Source: Eledone cirrhosa | Lineage: Eukaryota | Direction: 5' to 3' | NCBI GenBank assembly: GCA_964016885.1 | Contig: OZ024743.1 | Span: 58,900,001-58,964,000 of the forward strand | DNA: 64,000 bases | Part shown: in pieces, positions 49,086 through 61,899 of the stretch | How the letters are laid out: each line of letters begins with the position of its first letter | Numbering within the stretch: position 1 is the first letter of the stretch | The notes under the pieces: generated by a model | Database searches by the model: none | What the model was told of the DNA's origin: nothing | The model's input: only the letters and a program-made list of their open reading frames with translations | Translations under genes and position numbers: made by a program

Positions 49086-50499
49086 TGGGTTCAACACATA
49101 ATTAGACAGCAATATAATGGAAATATATTATATCGTATCTTACATTCCACGTATGTATATATTGTTTTATTTATAATACGTTTGGCGTTCGGAAGGCACA
49201 TACAAAGCTGGTTAACTAGAAATAAAATATTGACAAAAATACGGATAAAAAGTACACACAATCTCCTACGTGAATTGAACCACGTATTGTCAGTGGTATT
49301 GTCAGAGTTGTAGTTCGATCCCATCTGGTGGTTTTCACTACTTTCTCCGTCTCTCAATATTTAACTATTATTCATATTTCATATATATTGTGGCTGCCTT
49401 CAGTAAGCTAAAAGTATTTGCAAATTTCTCCAATGCTTCGGAAAAGAAAATAATATTATTTTATTATATATTTCATTTTGCAACGGTTGATTTGTCTCTG
49501 CATCATTGATAACTTCATTTGTTTGCGTTTGCCTTTAGACGATGAATTCTCATTTGCACAACGCATGTCTCACATCTCGCATGTCTCGCTGAACCGAATA
49601 AGTTTCTGCATAACTAATGCACATAAAGGGAAATAACTCCCACTGTTCCTAACTCAACTCTCCATAAATTCTGTCTCATCGTGTTCTGTCGAATAATTAC
49701 TTCCCATCTATTGTGATCGTTGTAATACACATTGTACCTTTACCCCTACTTTCGCCAAAATACGTAACATAATGTCACAAAAAAAACAACAACAACCAAC
49801 GTACTTTGCTAATCAACCCTTTTCATCGTAACGTTAATAATATTCAATATTATCCTATCAATTTTCACATTGTATAATTCGCATTGTAGTATTAGTAATA
49901 ATAATAATAATAATAATAATTTCTTTTTATTACTTCATTTAGAATAATAACAACAATATTAATAATTCCATCTAAATAACATTTCATAAAACTTTATAAC
50001 ATAATTATATGCGTTTTATAATTATCTAAATCAACATTTGAGCACCATCATCGATATTTCATGCACACATACACACGTGTGTTACCCACAATAATAACTG
50101 ATAACTGTACTGTCTATTACTTACTGAATTAACTACTTTGAACGTCCCCGTCCTTCCTTTTCGACTGACCACCTATAACCGTTCCTTACCTGAACCGCAC
50201 AATATTACATGTCGTAATATCTAACAATTTCTTTTTCCATTCCAGCTGCAGTTACTTCTGATGCGCAACTACCAGCGAACATTTGATGTTATCTTCACCA
50301 CCAGTTTTATCCTCATCCTCATCCTGCGAACTCACAAATCCCTCATTACTAGGCAATTAATCAGACCTTTGGTAACTTATCAGATGTTCGTGCTAAGTAT
50401 CGCAGTTTTCATTTGTTGCGCTCCTTTCGGTATGATGCAATTTTCGTCTGTTGGTAGGGAGTTCAAACAACGAAATCTCCTTTTAATGTTCCTATATAA

Positions 50500-50759
50500 C
50501 AGTGCTTCCCAACCTTAAGTTCGCAGAGATAGTTATAGGAGGTCGTGAGCTAAGTTCAAAATTTCAAGTTCTTTGTTAAAAGCAGAATAAGCACTCATTG
50601 TAAGGTATAGTTTCTTCAAAGATAAACATTTTTCGTATCGTTTGTTATTCTGTCTATAGTATAACATTCTAAAAGGTGAATAATTGCAGTGGGGCAGAAT
50701 GGTGGAGAAATTTAGTTAAATAAAGTGTTCCTGAATAGTCAAAAGTTTGGAAACCACTG
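50500..50759. mobile_element. hAT (Charlie-like) MITE
   Basis: TIRs CAGTGCTTCCCAACCTT / AAGTTTGGAAACCACTG; imperfect 8-bp TSD CTATATAA / CTATAAAG. Confidence 0.65.
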
Positions 50760-51942
50760 CTATAAAGGTTCATGGAATAGGCTTGCGTCTGCTATGAAAC
50801 TAAATTTGTGAACCTAAATTTGTGAAATTAAATTGTAGCGTTAATTAAGAACATTGGATACGGTACTTGCTAATTCATAAATGGATAATTACCTCATAAC
50901 TCTATCATTATTAACGTCACTGATTATGTTCTCATGCCTCTTCTATACACTTCTCATAAATATGCTCCCGTATAGGAGATAGCATGGGAGTCTTCTCTGT
51001 AGTCAGTAGATTCTTTAGAAACAGCAGCCAACTACTCACATACACATTTTTTCAAATACGAAAGGACTCGTACATTAGATCATAACATCCTAGATATTCC
51101 TAAAATAGTATGTTAACAGTTGGTATGTTTTGCTGGAAACTCTGCACGATCGAATCTTTCCCATGAGTTATCAATAATAAATACATCACACACGTACATA
51201 AACATGTGCAGGCACATACGCATGCCCATAGACATGCACATGCACAATGGTATATACATATTGTACATATGAGGTAACATATTTTCAACACTGATAAATA
51301 CAGGGTATATTGGTAGATGTAGGCGTAGTGATACTTTATAAGGTGGGTACGGTTAGAACTAATATATCATAACTGTGCAGGCTCAGGGTTGAGCTAGTGT
51401 TAAAAGACAATAGGAACAACATCAAACAAAGACAAAACAATAATATTAACGACAGAAAGAACAACAGCAACTATAAACACAACCACACTACTAGACACTT
51501 GCATGAGTGTGGTGAACCTCTGTCATTTTCTGCGATCAGTGTTATAATTGTTCAAACAGCGAAACAGCTTGTTGAAATTAACATGCAAATAGATCAGCAC
51601 TTAAGAGACACACGTATTCTTAACGTGGTTCTCAGGGAGATTCAGCGTGACACATTTTGTGACAATATGGTCCATTGAATTACAGATATAGTCCATCTGA
51701 CATGCTTGCAAAAGGTTTCCTCTACTTATCTTCACTTACAACGCTTTGATAACACCACTCCTGCGTATGACTATGTTAAATGAAGCTTGGCCAAAATGCT
51801 ACAGTAAGACATACGATGTAGGCCGTTATGTTGGTGAAGCGAACTCTTTAGACATTCGGCCGCGCTATATTCATATAGCGAAACACACGCAATATATTAC
51901 TTTACATTTTATTCAGTGTAACATTATTTACACTTGCATGTA

Positions 51943-52130
51943 GCGGTGGATTGGCAGTATCGGTAGAGGGTCGGACGCTATGCTTTGCAGGATAGAGTTA
52001 CGGCCATTTACGATCTGAGATCAAATCTCGACGAGGTTAACTTTGCCTTTCATCCTTACGGTGTCGATGAAATAAAGCACCAGTAATGCACTGGCATAAT
52101 TACTGGCCTTGTGCCAAAAGTAGAAACAAT
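51943..52130 (+). mobile_element. SINE, full length, 17-bp TSD
   Basis: TSD ATTAT(T/A)TACACTTGCAT at 51923-51939 and 52129-52145. Confidence 0.88.
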
Positions 52131-52295
52131 TATATACACTTGCATAGTTGGAAAAACGTCTGACAAAATCCATTATTGAATTTAGGAGTCGATATTTACG
52201 ATCTTAAATGTAAATAAGGTCAAATTTGCTTCTCATGTTTGCCTGAGATTGATCAAATATAGTCCCACTGGAGGCGAGATTTATTCATGGCCGTG

Positions 52296-52519
<224 letters not shown>

Positions 52520-52529
52520 TATATATATT

Positions 52530-52965
52530 TCGTTTCTGAATTTGTTTAGAAAGATTCTTTATCTGAAAATGTGTGTTGAAACTGATATTGTTATATTTGG
52601 GAGGGTCATGTCGCCAATAAGAAACACACGCACCAGTTACATTCACTCCAATTTATTATAAATTTAAAAAAAGCAAACACACAGAATCAAGATGGCGCAG
52701 GACAGAACAAAGGAGAGGCACAAAACAAAGAAAATAATCCCCAGTCACTGAAGAGGTCACATAATATGTGACGAAAGAACTTTGACAATATATGAACAAC
52801 CGTCCGGTTGTGGAACCAACCAACCAACCAACAAACCGGGAAAAACTTAAAAAAAAACAACTTTTTTTGAAAAGTTTTTTTTAAAATTTATAATAAATTG
52901 GAATGAAAGCAACTGGTGCGTGTGTTTCTTATTAGAAACATGATCCTCCCAAAGTATAACAATAT
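52530..52965. mobile_element. ORF-less fold-back mini-element with a hammerhead in the spacer
   Basis: Inverted arms ~52585-52672 and ~52876-52965; (TA)n flanks. Confidence 0.7.
52744..52786 (+). ncRNA. Minimal type I hammerhead ribozyme
   Basis: GTCA-CTGAAGA-G-GTCACAT-AAT-ATGTGAC-GAAA-GAAC-TT-TGAC. Confidence 0.7.
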
Positions 52966-52988
52966 ATATATATATATATATATATATG

Positions 52989-53067
<79 letters not shown>

Positions 53068-53658
53068 ATGTATATACATATATATATGTATAGAAAAAAT
53101 ACTCAAGGTTGCAGATACATTTAATGTTTTTTAAGCATACAAGCAAATTTACGGTACAGATCGATAAGGAATTGTTCATTCAAAACAAATTATACTTTTT
53201 TAATGTTGTTGCAGAAAGAATCATAGTTATCACATTCACTTTTTACTAACCGGCTTCCTCACATGTGAGCTTTTCAATGTCTAACATATTTGAGATATTG
53301 AAACAACAGTTGCATGGCTCGCCTGCTCTAAACTCCGAAACGAAAGGCAGGGACACGAGTAGCAACAAAAGATCTTAGTAATTAAAACGTACCGTGATTT
53401 AGATATACAAAACTGACGCCATCATGGCTGAAACGCTGTTTGTCTAGTCATGGCTAACTAAACGGGTATACACTGTCCTGAACATAGGAGCTAATATTCT
53501 AAGTATTGTATCTTTGTACAGTATATGGAACTGTAGAATGTTAACGTTCCACTATACAGAGAGGATCTATGACAATGTATATGTTCGTGCGCGATTCTTG
53601 GATCTCCTTCAAATTCTACGATTCTTAGAAGTGCGAGCTGAATACCCTAACTCATCAA

Positions 53659-53940
53659 CAATACAGGCAGCATGTACCGAAATAAAGAAGATGTATCACA
53701 ATACAGAGAGAGTCGACCACAATATATCAGAATAGGCAGGATGTACCACAACGCAGACAGGATATAACACAATACAGATAGGACGTTCGATAATAAAGAC
53801 AAGATGTACCGTATTATAAACGTGATGTACTATATTACAGGCACATTGTCCCACAATACACACAAGATCTCCCCCAACACACAATACAGGGTGGACATCT
53901 CAAAGTGCAGAAAAGACATCTCACGATATAAAGAAGATCT
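53659..53940. repeat. Degenerate ~21-bp minisatellite (consensus ~ACAATACAGACAGGATGTACC)
   Basis: Recurring CAATACAG and GATGTACC motifs at ~21-nt spacing. Confidence 0.55.
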
Positions 53941-54722
53941 CTTAAGGAATGTAACCGATGTCATAACAGTAACTGATACAGAAGTCAATTTACATTTGTT
54001 TGTTGCTAGTTATTGAAATATTGGTTATTATTTGTATGTCTTGGATCGATTACCACCATGCTATATACGTTGCCAAACATAGAGGTCACCCATAGTTTAA
54101 CACTTACAACGACAACAGCAACAAAAACAACAGCTCTCTGTCATTCGAATCTAATGGATTTGCACTCAGGTGACTTGACCCTCTGCGGCTCTCTATGAGA
54201 TGTCTATGATATGGCTGTTTATTGATGACATCAATGACCAATACTTTCCCAATGCAATTTTCTAATGTATTCTCAGAACACTTCAGTAACCCACGAACCT
54301 CTCCCGGAAAAATCCCCTAACCTTTCCAGCTAATGTGACTCACACAGATTTGATGATATAATATTGACAAAATTATTGTTTGTAATGTTATATTATGATT
54401 CATCTGGAGGTATTAGAAGGTCGGATAGAGAGTTTTGCGTTGTTCCATCCGACATTCTTCACTCATGACACGAAATATGTCATGATGATGCCCCCACGAC
54501 TCCATCAGAAGTTAAAGGTAGATGCAATGATGAAACTATTGTTTGTAGTATATATAGAATGAAGTGATCATGCCCGGAGATGTTATAAAATAGTTTGTAA
54601 AATAGGGTGAAGACCTTTAAAGATGGAATAAGAAGATGACAACGGCTTTGTAAACACCATTTTTGTTGACACACACACAAACACACAGACACACACACGA
54701 TCTCACTTTCCTCAATTGAATG

Positions 54723-54753
<31 letters not shown>

Positions 54754-54765
54754 GGAACAAGTATG

Positions 54766-54861
54766 ACCCCGACGGAAGAGCTCAAGCCGTTTCGACGGCT
54801 ATTTCTGGACTAAAGAAGAATTTTTAGCCTGGTAAATAAATAGCCGAACTTCTCAGCGGGT
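54766..54861 (-). ncRNA. Degenerate type I hammerhead in a solo terminal fragment (54753-55230)
   Basis: Minus: ACCCG-CTGAGAA-GTTCGGCTATTT...AAATAGCCGTC-GAAA-CGG(..GAGCTC..)CCG-TC-GGGGT; a related 3' half occurs at 24270-24310. Confidence 0.5.
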
Positions 54862-55289
54862 ATTTCCTTATATGGGAAGATAGTAATTGTCTAGAGGATT
54901 GGTCAAAAATGTGTTATAAAGAAGGATAAATCTATCATGGCATTTGGTGGGCGGTAGGGGCGGCTGAAATTGTCGGTGAAACAAAGAGGGATTGGGGGAA
55001 ACACAGTGAGGCGTTGAAAGTGAAATCTATACAGCAGATTCTAAGGATAGTGTATAAAAGTTTGAAAAAAGTGTACTGGAGAAGAGAGTGGGGGGGGGGT
55101 GTAGTTGAAAGAATAGGTAAATCGAAAGGGAGTAAAAAAAAAAGAACCATTATAAAAATAAGGAAATAAATATATAAAAACAATTTCTAGTTAATACTAC
55201 ATTTCTACAATCACCAAATTTATGGTCATATATATATATATATATATATAATATATAAGAACAAAAGATGGTTAAAAGAGTTCCATGTA

Positions 55290-55356
55290 TTTTATTATGC
55301 GCATTTCAAAAACAAATATCATCATACAATAATATTTGTGTTTTCATCAGATAAAA
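55290..55356 (-). ncRNA. Type I hammerhead ribozyme (same family as 17101; the sister copy near 60390-60424 lacks the CTGATGA half)
   Basis: Minus: TTTTAT-CTGATGA-AAACACAAATAT..ATATTTGTTTTT-GAAA-TGCGCA-TA-ATAAAA. Confidence 0.85.
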
Positions 55357-57034
55357 CAGGAGGACATGATATGACGGTTAAAAAACACTTGTGGATAGTT
55401 CAGTTTTAAATCAACATATGAGAAGTAGTTTTAGATTGATGTGTGATATTGGAAAACATATATTATTTAGAAGGGGGGGGGGATGAAAAAAGGAGGAGAT
55501 GAGAGTGAAGGTGGAGAGGGAGGAGTATAATGAGGAAGGATGAGATAGGAGGAGAGATGGGTGATAGAGAGAGAGAGATAGCTTTTATAACTGAGAAAGA
55601 TATATTGTTTTACATAGAGATGTTGAAAACCGTTGGAAGATAATGTATAAATTAAAAGAATTGGAAAATTAACGAAGAGAAAAATAATGTAAAGTTAAGG
55701 TTTGTATATTGAGGGGTTTGATAATATGTGCGAAGAAAAAGAAAGTGTTAATATGTATTGAGAATAATGAGTTAGATAAAAGGGAGAAAAGAATGAATTG
55801 AGGATGAATAATCTAACGTCAAAAAAAATGTATATGTTTACGAAGGATTATTACAAGGTGATATAGAGTAAGAATGTGTTGTATTATGTAATAATTGATT
55901 CTATGTTAGGCAAGAGTGAGAAAAGGTACAGATTAGGGGTTAGACATTAGAAGCGAAGAAAAGGAAGTGATAAATAGGGGTGATGTAGAAAGAGTAAACA
56001 AGTATTATAGAAGTTGAAAATTAACCAAGAGAAAAATAATGTAAAGTTAAGGTTTGTATATTGAGGAGTTTGATATGTGCGAAGAAAAAGAAAGAGTTAA
56101 TATGTATTGAGAATAATGAGTTAGATGAAAGGGAGAAAAGAATAATGAATTGAGGATGAATAATCTAACGTCAAAACAAATGTATATGTTTACGAAGGAT
56201 TTTTATAAGGTGATATAGAGTAAGAGTAATGAGTAAACAATATTATAGAATGTATAATAACCTTTGAAATAAGGTAGAAAGATGGGTATATTTTTAAAAG
56301 AAGTGTATATATATATTTGCCTTTGAGAAAAAGATTCTAAATTGATAAAGAATTGAATATTAGCTGTATACTTTGTGAAATGTTTTATGGAATTTATGCA
56401 AGCAGATAGAAAACAAGTCAGTGCGTCTATTTATTATAGAATCTAGATTAGAGATAATGGTAAATTTTTCATTTAGACAGAGATTGCAGATTTTAGACAG
56501 AGAACTGTTCAAGTATGAAGACGCACAAGAAACCTTCTTCCAAAAGATGCTATATTTAATATTTTTGTCTTTCAAGGACCATATGAGTTCTGAGAGAGCC
56601 GTGTTGGTTCTTTTAAGTTTGTATTTAAAAGACGAATGATGGTTATAAAGACGAGCTTTAAAAGAGGTGGAAGTGGAGCCAAAATAGGTGAAGGAATTGG
56701 TGTCAGTTATAACTTTACATTCGTAAATTAAGTTTTTATCAAGACAATGGTTGTTGAGAGGACATTTATTTTTAATAGGGCAATTGCAATTGCAATTAGA
56801 GAGATTATTAACGAGTGACCTAGTGTTATCTATAGAAGGAATTGGATTGGAGAAGTTGTTTGCGATAGGTATAATAGTTTCTTCATTTAGAATGGGATTA
56901 TGAACATTTAGCGAAGTTGGGTTTGACGTTGTATTTGGGTTTACAATTACGTCGGGAGTACTATTATTATGAAATTCAGTGTTGGAAGGAAGAGATTTAG
57001 TATTTAGTATTTTAATGTTGTGTTTATAGATAAT

Positions 57035-57085
57035 TGTTTCTACTATTGGCACAAGGCAATAAATCACCCAGTACATTACTGGTAC
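57035..57085 (-). mobile_element. 51-bp SINE 3' fragment with 18-bp TSD
   Basis: TSD GTTGTGTTTATAGATAAT at 57017-57034 and 57086-57103; absent from the sister arm (~58700). Confidence 0.85.
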
Positions 57086-60000
57086 GTTGTGTTTATAGAT
57101 AATGTTGGAAATGTTGGAGGATGTAGAATAAGAAAATTTTATAGTGTGTTTGTTAAATATTTTACTATAGATATGTGAGGGAGGGAGCATTTATTTAAGG
57201 CACTAAAGAATAATTTAGGAATATTGTTATTAATAGAGATGGAGAAAGGAGCATTATACCAGATTATGTTTTTGTATCTAGGTCTTTTATTAAAGTTATT
57301 GGAATGATCATGATTAATTATTCTACTGTAATTTCTTCTAGAATTTGTTTCTTTACTATATTTGATTTTATCAGGATAGCCGGCTTTGGAAAGCGTGTTC
57401 TTATAGTAATTGGCATTAGCATCACAGATGTTTTTATTAGAAGATAGGTTAGATATTATTTTTCCAATATTACTAACTATAGCATTCTTGATATTAGTAG
57501 GATGGTTAGATTTAAAGTTAACATAATTTAGGTTCTCATTGTTTTTGTGGTCAGGGTAATATAGGCCAGTGTCAAGATTAAGAGATACATCCAAGAAATT
57601 AGCTAGTTTGATACTGTTATCAAATTCAATTTTTAGGTTATGTTCGTTAAAGAGATTACGTATATTGTTCTTAATAATATTAAGGTTAACTATGTTGCAA
57701 TTTAAGAAAGTAAAGAGTCCATCGTCACGATAAATTCCACCGCGAAGTTAAGGAATTTTCCGACTCAAAGAGTTCAAAATAAAGATACCAATTAGATCAG
57801 TCAATTGGGATGAATCGGATGCTCCCATTGTGATGTCGAAGTTGTTAGAGGTATCGGCTCTGGTTCAATATTCGTTGTTGAACTCTAGGATGGTTTTACA
57901 TGCGGTGAGAATGATGTGAAGTTTATCTGTGGTGATGTCAGAGTATTTAAGTGCGAAAGATAGAGCATAATTGAGAAGTGAAGGCGAAATGGAGGAATAG
58001 TAGTTGGCAATATCAAATTGAACAAATTTTAGTTTGTTTTTATTATTCAATTTGTTGAACCAGCTAATCACTTCAGAAGAACCAAACCATAAATTTAGGT
58101 TCAAAGAAGAGCAATTAGAACGAACCTGTTGGATAATTCTATCCAAGATGGCTATGTTAACAACCCCCAGATCTGATTTAGAGGGGGCGATTAATTTAAT
58201 CTAATATTAACATTTTCTGTTTCTTCGCACATATTATCAAACCCTTCAATATATTACCCTTACCATGAGAACCTAAATTATGTTAACTTTAAATCTAACC
58301 ATCCTACTAATATCAAGAATGCTATAGTTAGTAATATTGGAAAAAGAATATCTAACCTATCTTCTAATAAAAACATCTTTGATGCTAACGCCAATTACTA
58401 TAATAACGCGCTTTCTAAAGCCGGCTATCCTGATAAAATCAAATATAGTAAAGAAACAAATTCTAGGAGAAATTACAGTAGAATAATTAATCATGATCAT
58501 TCCAATAACTTTAATAAAAGACTTAGATACAAAAAACATAATCTGGTATAATGCTCCTTTCTCCATCTCTATTAATAACAATATTCCTAAATTATTCTTT
58601 AGTGCCTTAAATAAATGCTTCCCTCCCTCACATATCTATAGTAAAATATTTAACAAACACACTATAACATTTTCTTATTCTACATCCTCCAACATTTCCA
58701 ACATTATCTATAAACACAACAATAAAATACTAAATACTAAATCTCTTCCTTCCAACACTGAATTTCATAATAATAGTACTCCCGTCGTAATTGTAAACCC
58801 TAGGCTAATTTCTACAGACCCAAATACAACGTCAAACACAACTTCGCTAAATGTTCATAATCCCATTCTAAATCAAGAAACTATTATTCCTATCGTAAAC
58901 AATTCCTTCTATAGATAACACTAGGTCACTCATTAATAATCTCTCTAATTGTAATTGCAATTGCCCTATTAAAAATAAATGTCCTCTCAACAACCATTGT
59001 CTTGATAAAAACTTAAGTTACGAATGTAAAGTTATAACTGACACCAATTCCTTCACCTATTTTGGCTCCACTTCCACCTCTTTTAAAGCTCGTCTTTACA
59101 ACCATCATTCGTCTTTTAAATACAAACTTAAAAGAACCAACACGGCTCTCTCAGAACTCATATGGTCCTTGAAAGACAAAAATATTAAATATAGCATCTT
59201 TTGGAAGAAGGTTTCTTGTGCGTCTTCATACTTGAACAGTTCTCTGTCTAAAATCTGCAATATCTGTCTAAATGAAAAATTTACCATTATCTCTAATCTA
59301 GATTCTATAATAAATAGACGCACTGACTTGTTTTCTATCTGCTTGCATAAATTCCATAAAACATTTCACAAAGTATACAGCTAACATTCAATTCTTTATC
59401 AATTTAGAATCTTTTTCTCAAAGGCTCATATATATATACACTTCTTTTAAAAATATACCCATCTTTCTACCTTATTTCAAAGGTTATTATACATTCTATA
59501 ATACTTGTTTACTCATTACTCTTACTCTATATCACCTTGTAAAAATCCTTCGTAAACATATACATTTTTTTTTACCTTAGATTATTCATCCTCAATTCAT
59601 TATCTTTTCTCTCTTTCATCTAACTCATTATTCTCAATACATATTAACATTTTCTGTTTCTTCGCACATATTATCAAACCCTTCAATATACAAACCTTAA
59701 CTTTACATTATTTTTCTCTTCGTAAATTTTCAAATTCTATAATACTTGTTTACTCTTTCTACATCACCCCTATTTATCACTTCCTTTTCTTCGCTTCTAA
59801 TGTCTAACCCCTAATCTGTACCTTTTCTCACTCTTGCCTAACATAGAATCAATTATTACATAATACAACACATTCTTACTCCATATCACCTTGTAAAAAT
59901 CCTTCGTAAACATATACATTTGTTTTGACGTTAGATTATTCATCCTCCATTCATTAATCTTTTCTCCCTTTCATCTAACTCATTATTCTCAATACATATT

Positions 60001-60895
60001 AACTCTTTCTTTTTCTTCGCACATATTATCAAACCCCTCAATATACAAACCTTAACTTTACATTATTTTTCTCTTCGTTAATATTCAAATTCTTTTAATT
60101 TATACATTATCTTCCAACGGTTTTCAACCTCTCTATGTAAAACAATATATCTTTCTGTTATAAAAGCTATCTCTCTCTCTCTATCACCCATCTCTCCTCC
60201 TATCTCATCCTTCCTCATTATACTCCTCCCTCTCCACCTTCACTCTCATCTCCTCCTTTTTTTCATCCTTTCACCCCCCTCTAAATAAAATATTTTTCCC
60301 AATATCCCACATCAATCTAAAACTACTTCTCATATGTTGATTTAAAACTGAACTATCCACAAGTATTGTTTAACCTTCATATCATGTCCTTCATATCATG
60401 TTTTTGAAATGCGCATAATAAAATACATGGAACTCTTTTAACCATCTTTTGTTCTTATATATTATGTATTCTCCAGTCCTACAAACTGTAGAGTGCTTCT
60501 TATCCGATATCTGCATTGCTTTATTGTACTACAATAAAACTCACCTCCTACATTATATATATATATATATATATATATATCGCCACTAAATTCATAAGAT
60601 TTAAATCTCCGTGAATCGAACCGACGTAACATAGCTTTCAACTTAGGATTCCCACTACACTGCACGAACCACCACAGAAATATAATCATTAAGTACATTC
60701 TAGCCTTCTTAGTTCTATACCACACTAATGTCTGTAAGTACCTCATCAACCCATAAGCATATCCCTTCTCAGCTGCTGTCAACACTTGATCCTAAATCCA
60801 AGAACATTTCAAAATACTACTACAACAGAACTTTACCTTCCCCCTGCTATAATTATAATCAGCATGTTTTCTCTTTATATGTATGTATATATGTG

Positions 60896-60937
<42 letters not shown>

Positions 60938-61411
60938 TGTGTGCATGTGTGTATATATATATATTGCCTCCTTAACCTCTGTATTAACTTGCCCATTATA
61001 TTGCTACTTTGTTAATGTTGTCTTATACATGTATGTTATTGATGATGAGGAAGCTAGACAACCCTTTCATCTAATATGGACCACACAAATCTCACTACAG
61101 TGATAAATCCTTCATCTATCAGATAATAACCGACTCTTACGGCCACCTGACCTACATTGTTTAAAGACACCAGCTTATCTTTACACTAGATATAATACAC
61201 CCCACGACAGCTTTTACATGTCAATTTTATACATCTGCCTCATGTCAGCTAGTTTTACACTCTAAAATCGTAGATATACTATACTTCCCACCTAGATTGA
61301 TGTGATTATTTCAAATAATTTATTGCTAGCATTGTTGGTATTGTTGTTATTGTTCTGATTGAATGCCATTACTACTACATTTAGTACCAATGCCTGTATA
61401 TTCTTTTCATT

Positions 61412-61530
61412 CTCACAAGCTCCGATGAACTGCCTGGTTATAACTTTGTATTGGCGATCGAGTAAAGTGAAAATAAGCGGATAGCGATCTCTAGACCTAC
61501 CAGTTCAGAGAAACAATTGTCAGCAATGAG
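61412..61530 (+). ncRNA. Hammerhead variant with extended stem II (core CCGATGA)
   Basis: CTCA..GCT-CCGATGA-ACTG..CTGGT...ACCAG..CAGA-GAAA-CAATTG-TC-AGC..TGAG. Confidence 0.55.
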
Positions 61531-61899
61531 ATTAAAAACCTTTTGTGTATAGCAAACCGTGTCACTCTTCTTTCCGGATTTACTATTACTCCAAGTGTTT
61601 ACAACATAGGAATTACAGCGTACTCGCAGCATCACTATGGAAACGTTTTGTTGAGTCAAACTTAGCCAAGCGTTGATATCATCCACTACCCGGAGTACCA
61701 TAACTTGACTACACTTAAGTGGACTACCTATAACAATAATTTGTTACCTCGTATATATATATAGTAATAATAATAAATTTGAAGACTAAAATCCAAAGAG
61801 GGCTCGATAAGGATAAATATATATCAAATATATAAGAACCGTAGAGCAGCGATTCTTTGCTTAAACTTTAATCTGTTATTTTAATATATATATATATAT

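Larger units (their letters stand above)
55255..60552. mobile_element. Penelope-like element (Naiad-type) with ~2.2-kb inverted duplication
   Basis: Minus arm 58200->55255: QFDIANYYSSI, FDITMGASD, GIYRDDGL, SNHP, GIY-YIG to 56360. Plus arm 58262->60552 repeats the thumb, GIY-YIG and 3' repeat. Confidence 0.9.

Noticed and set aside
49500-50400. Possible host exon (pyrimidine tract + CAG near 50245) or decayed piggyBac (acidic QDEDED stretch and CETC on the minus strand)
   Set aside because: No recognisable domain, partner exons or TIR/TTAA could be established by eye; needs RNA-seq or TBLASTN.
55255-60552. Inverted repeats as long-read fold-back artefacts
   Set aside because: The arms differ by substitutions, indels and arm-specific SINE insertions with TSDs.
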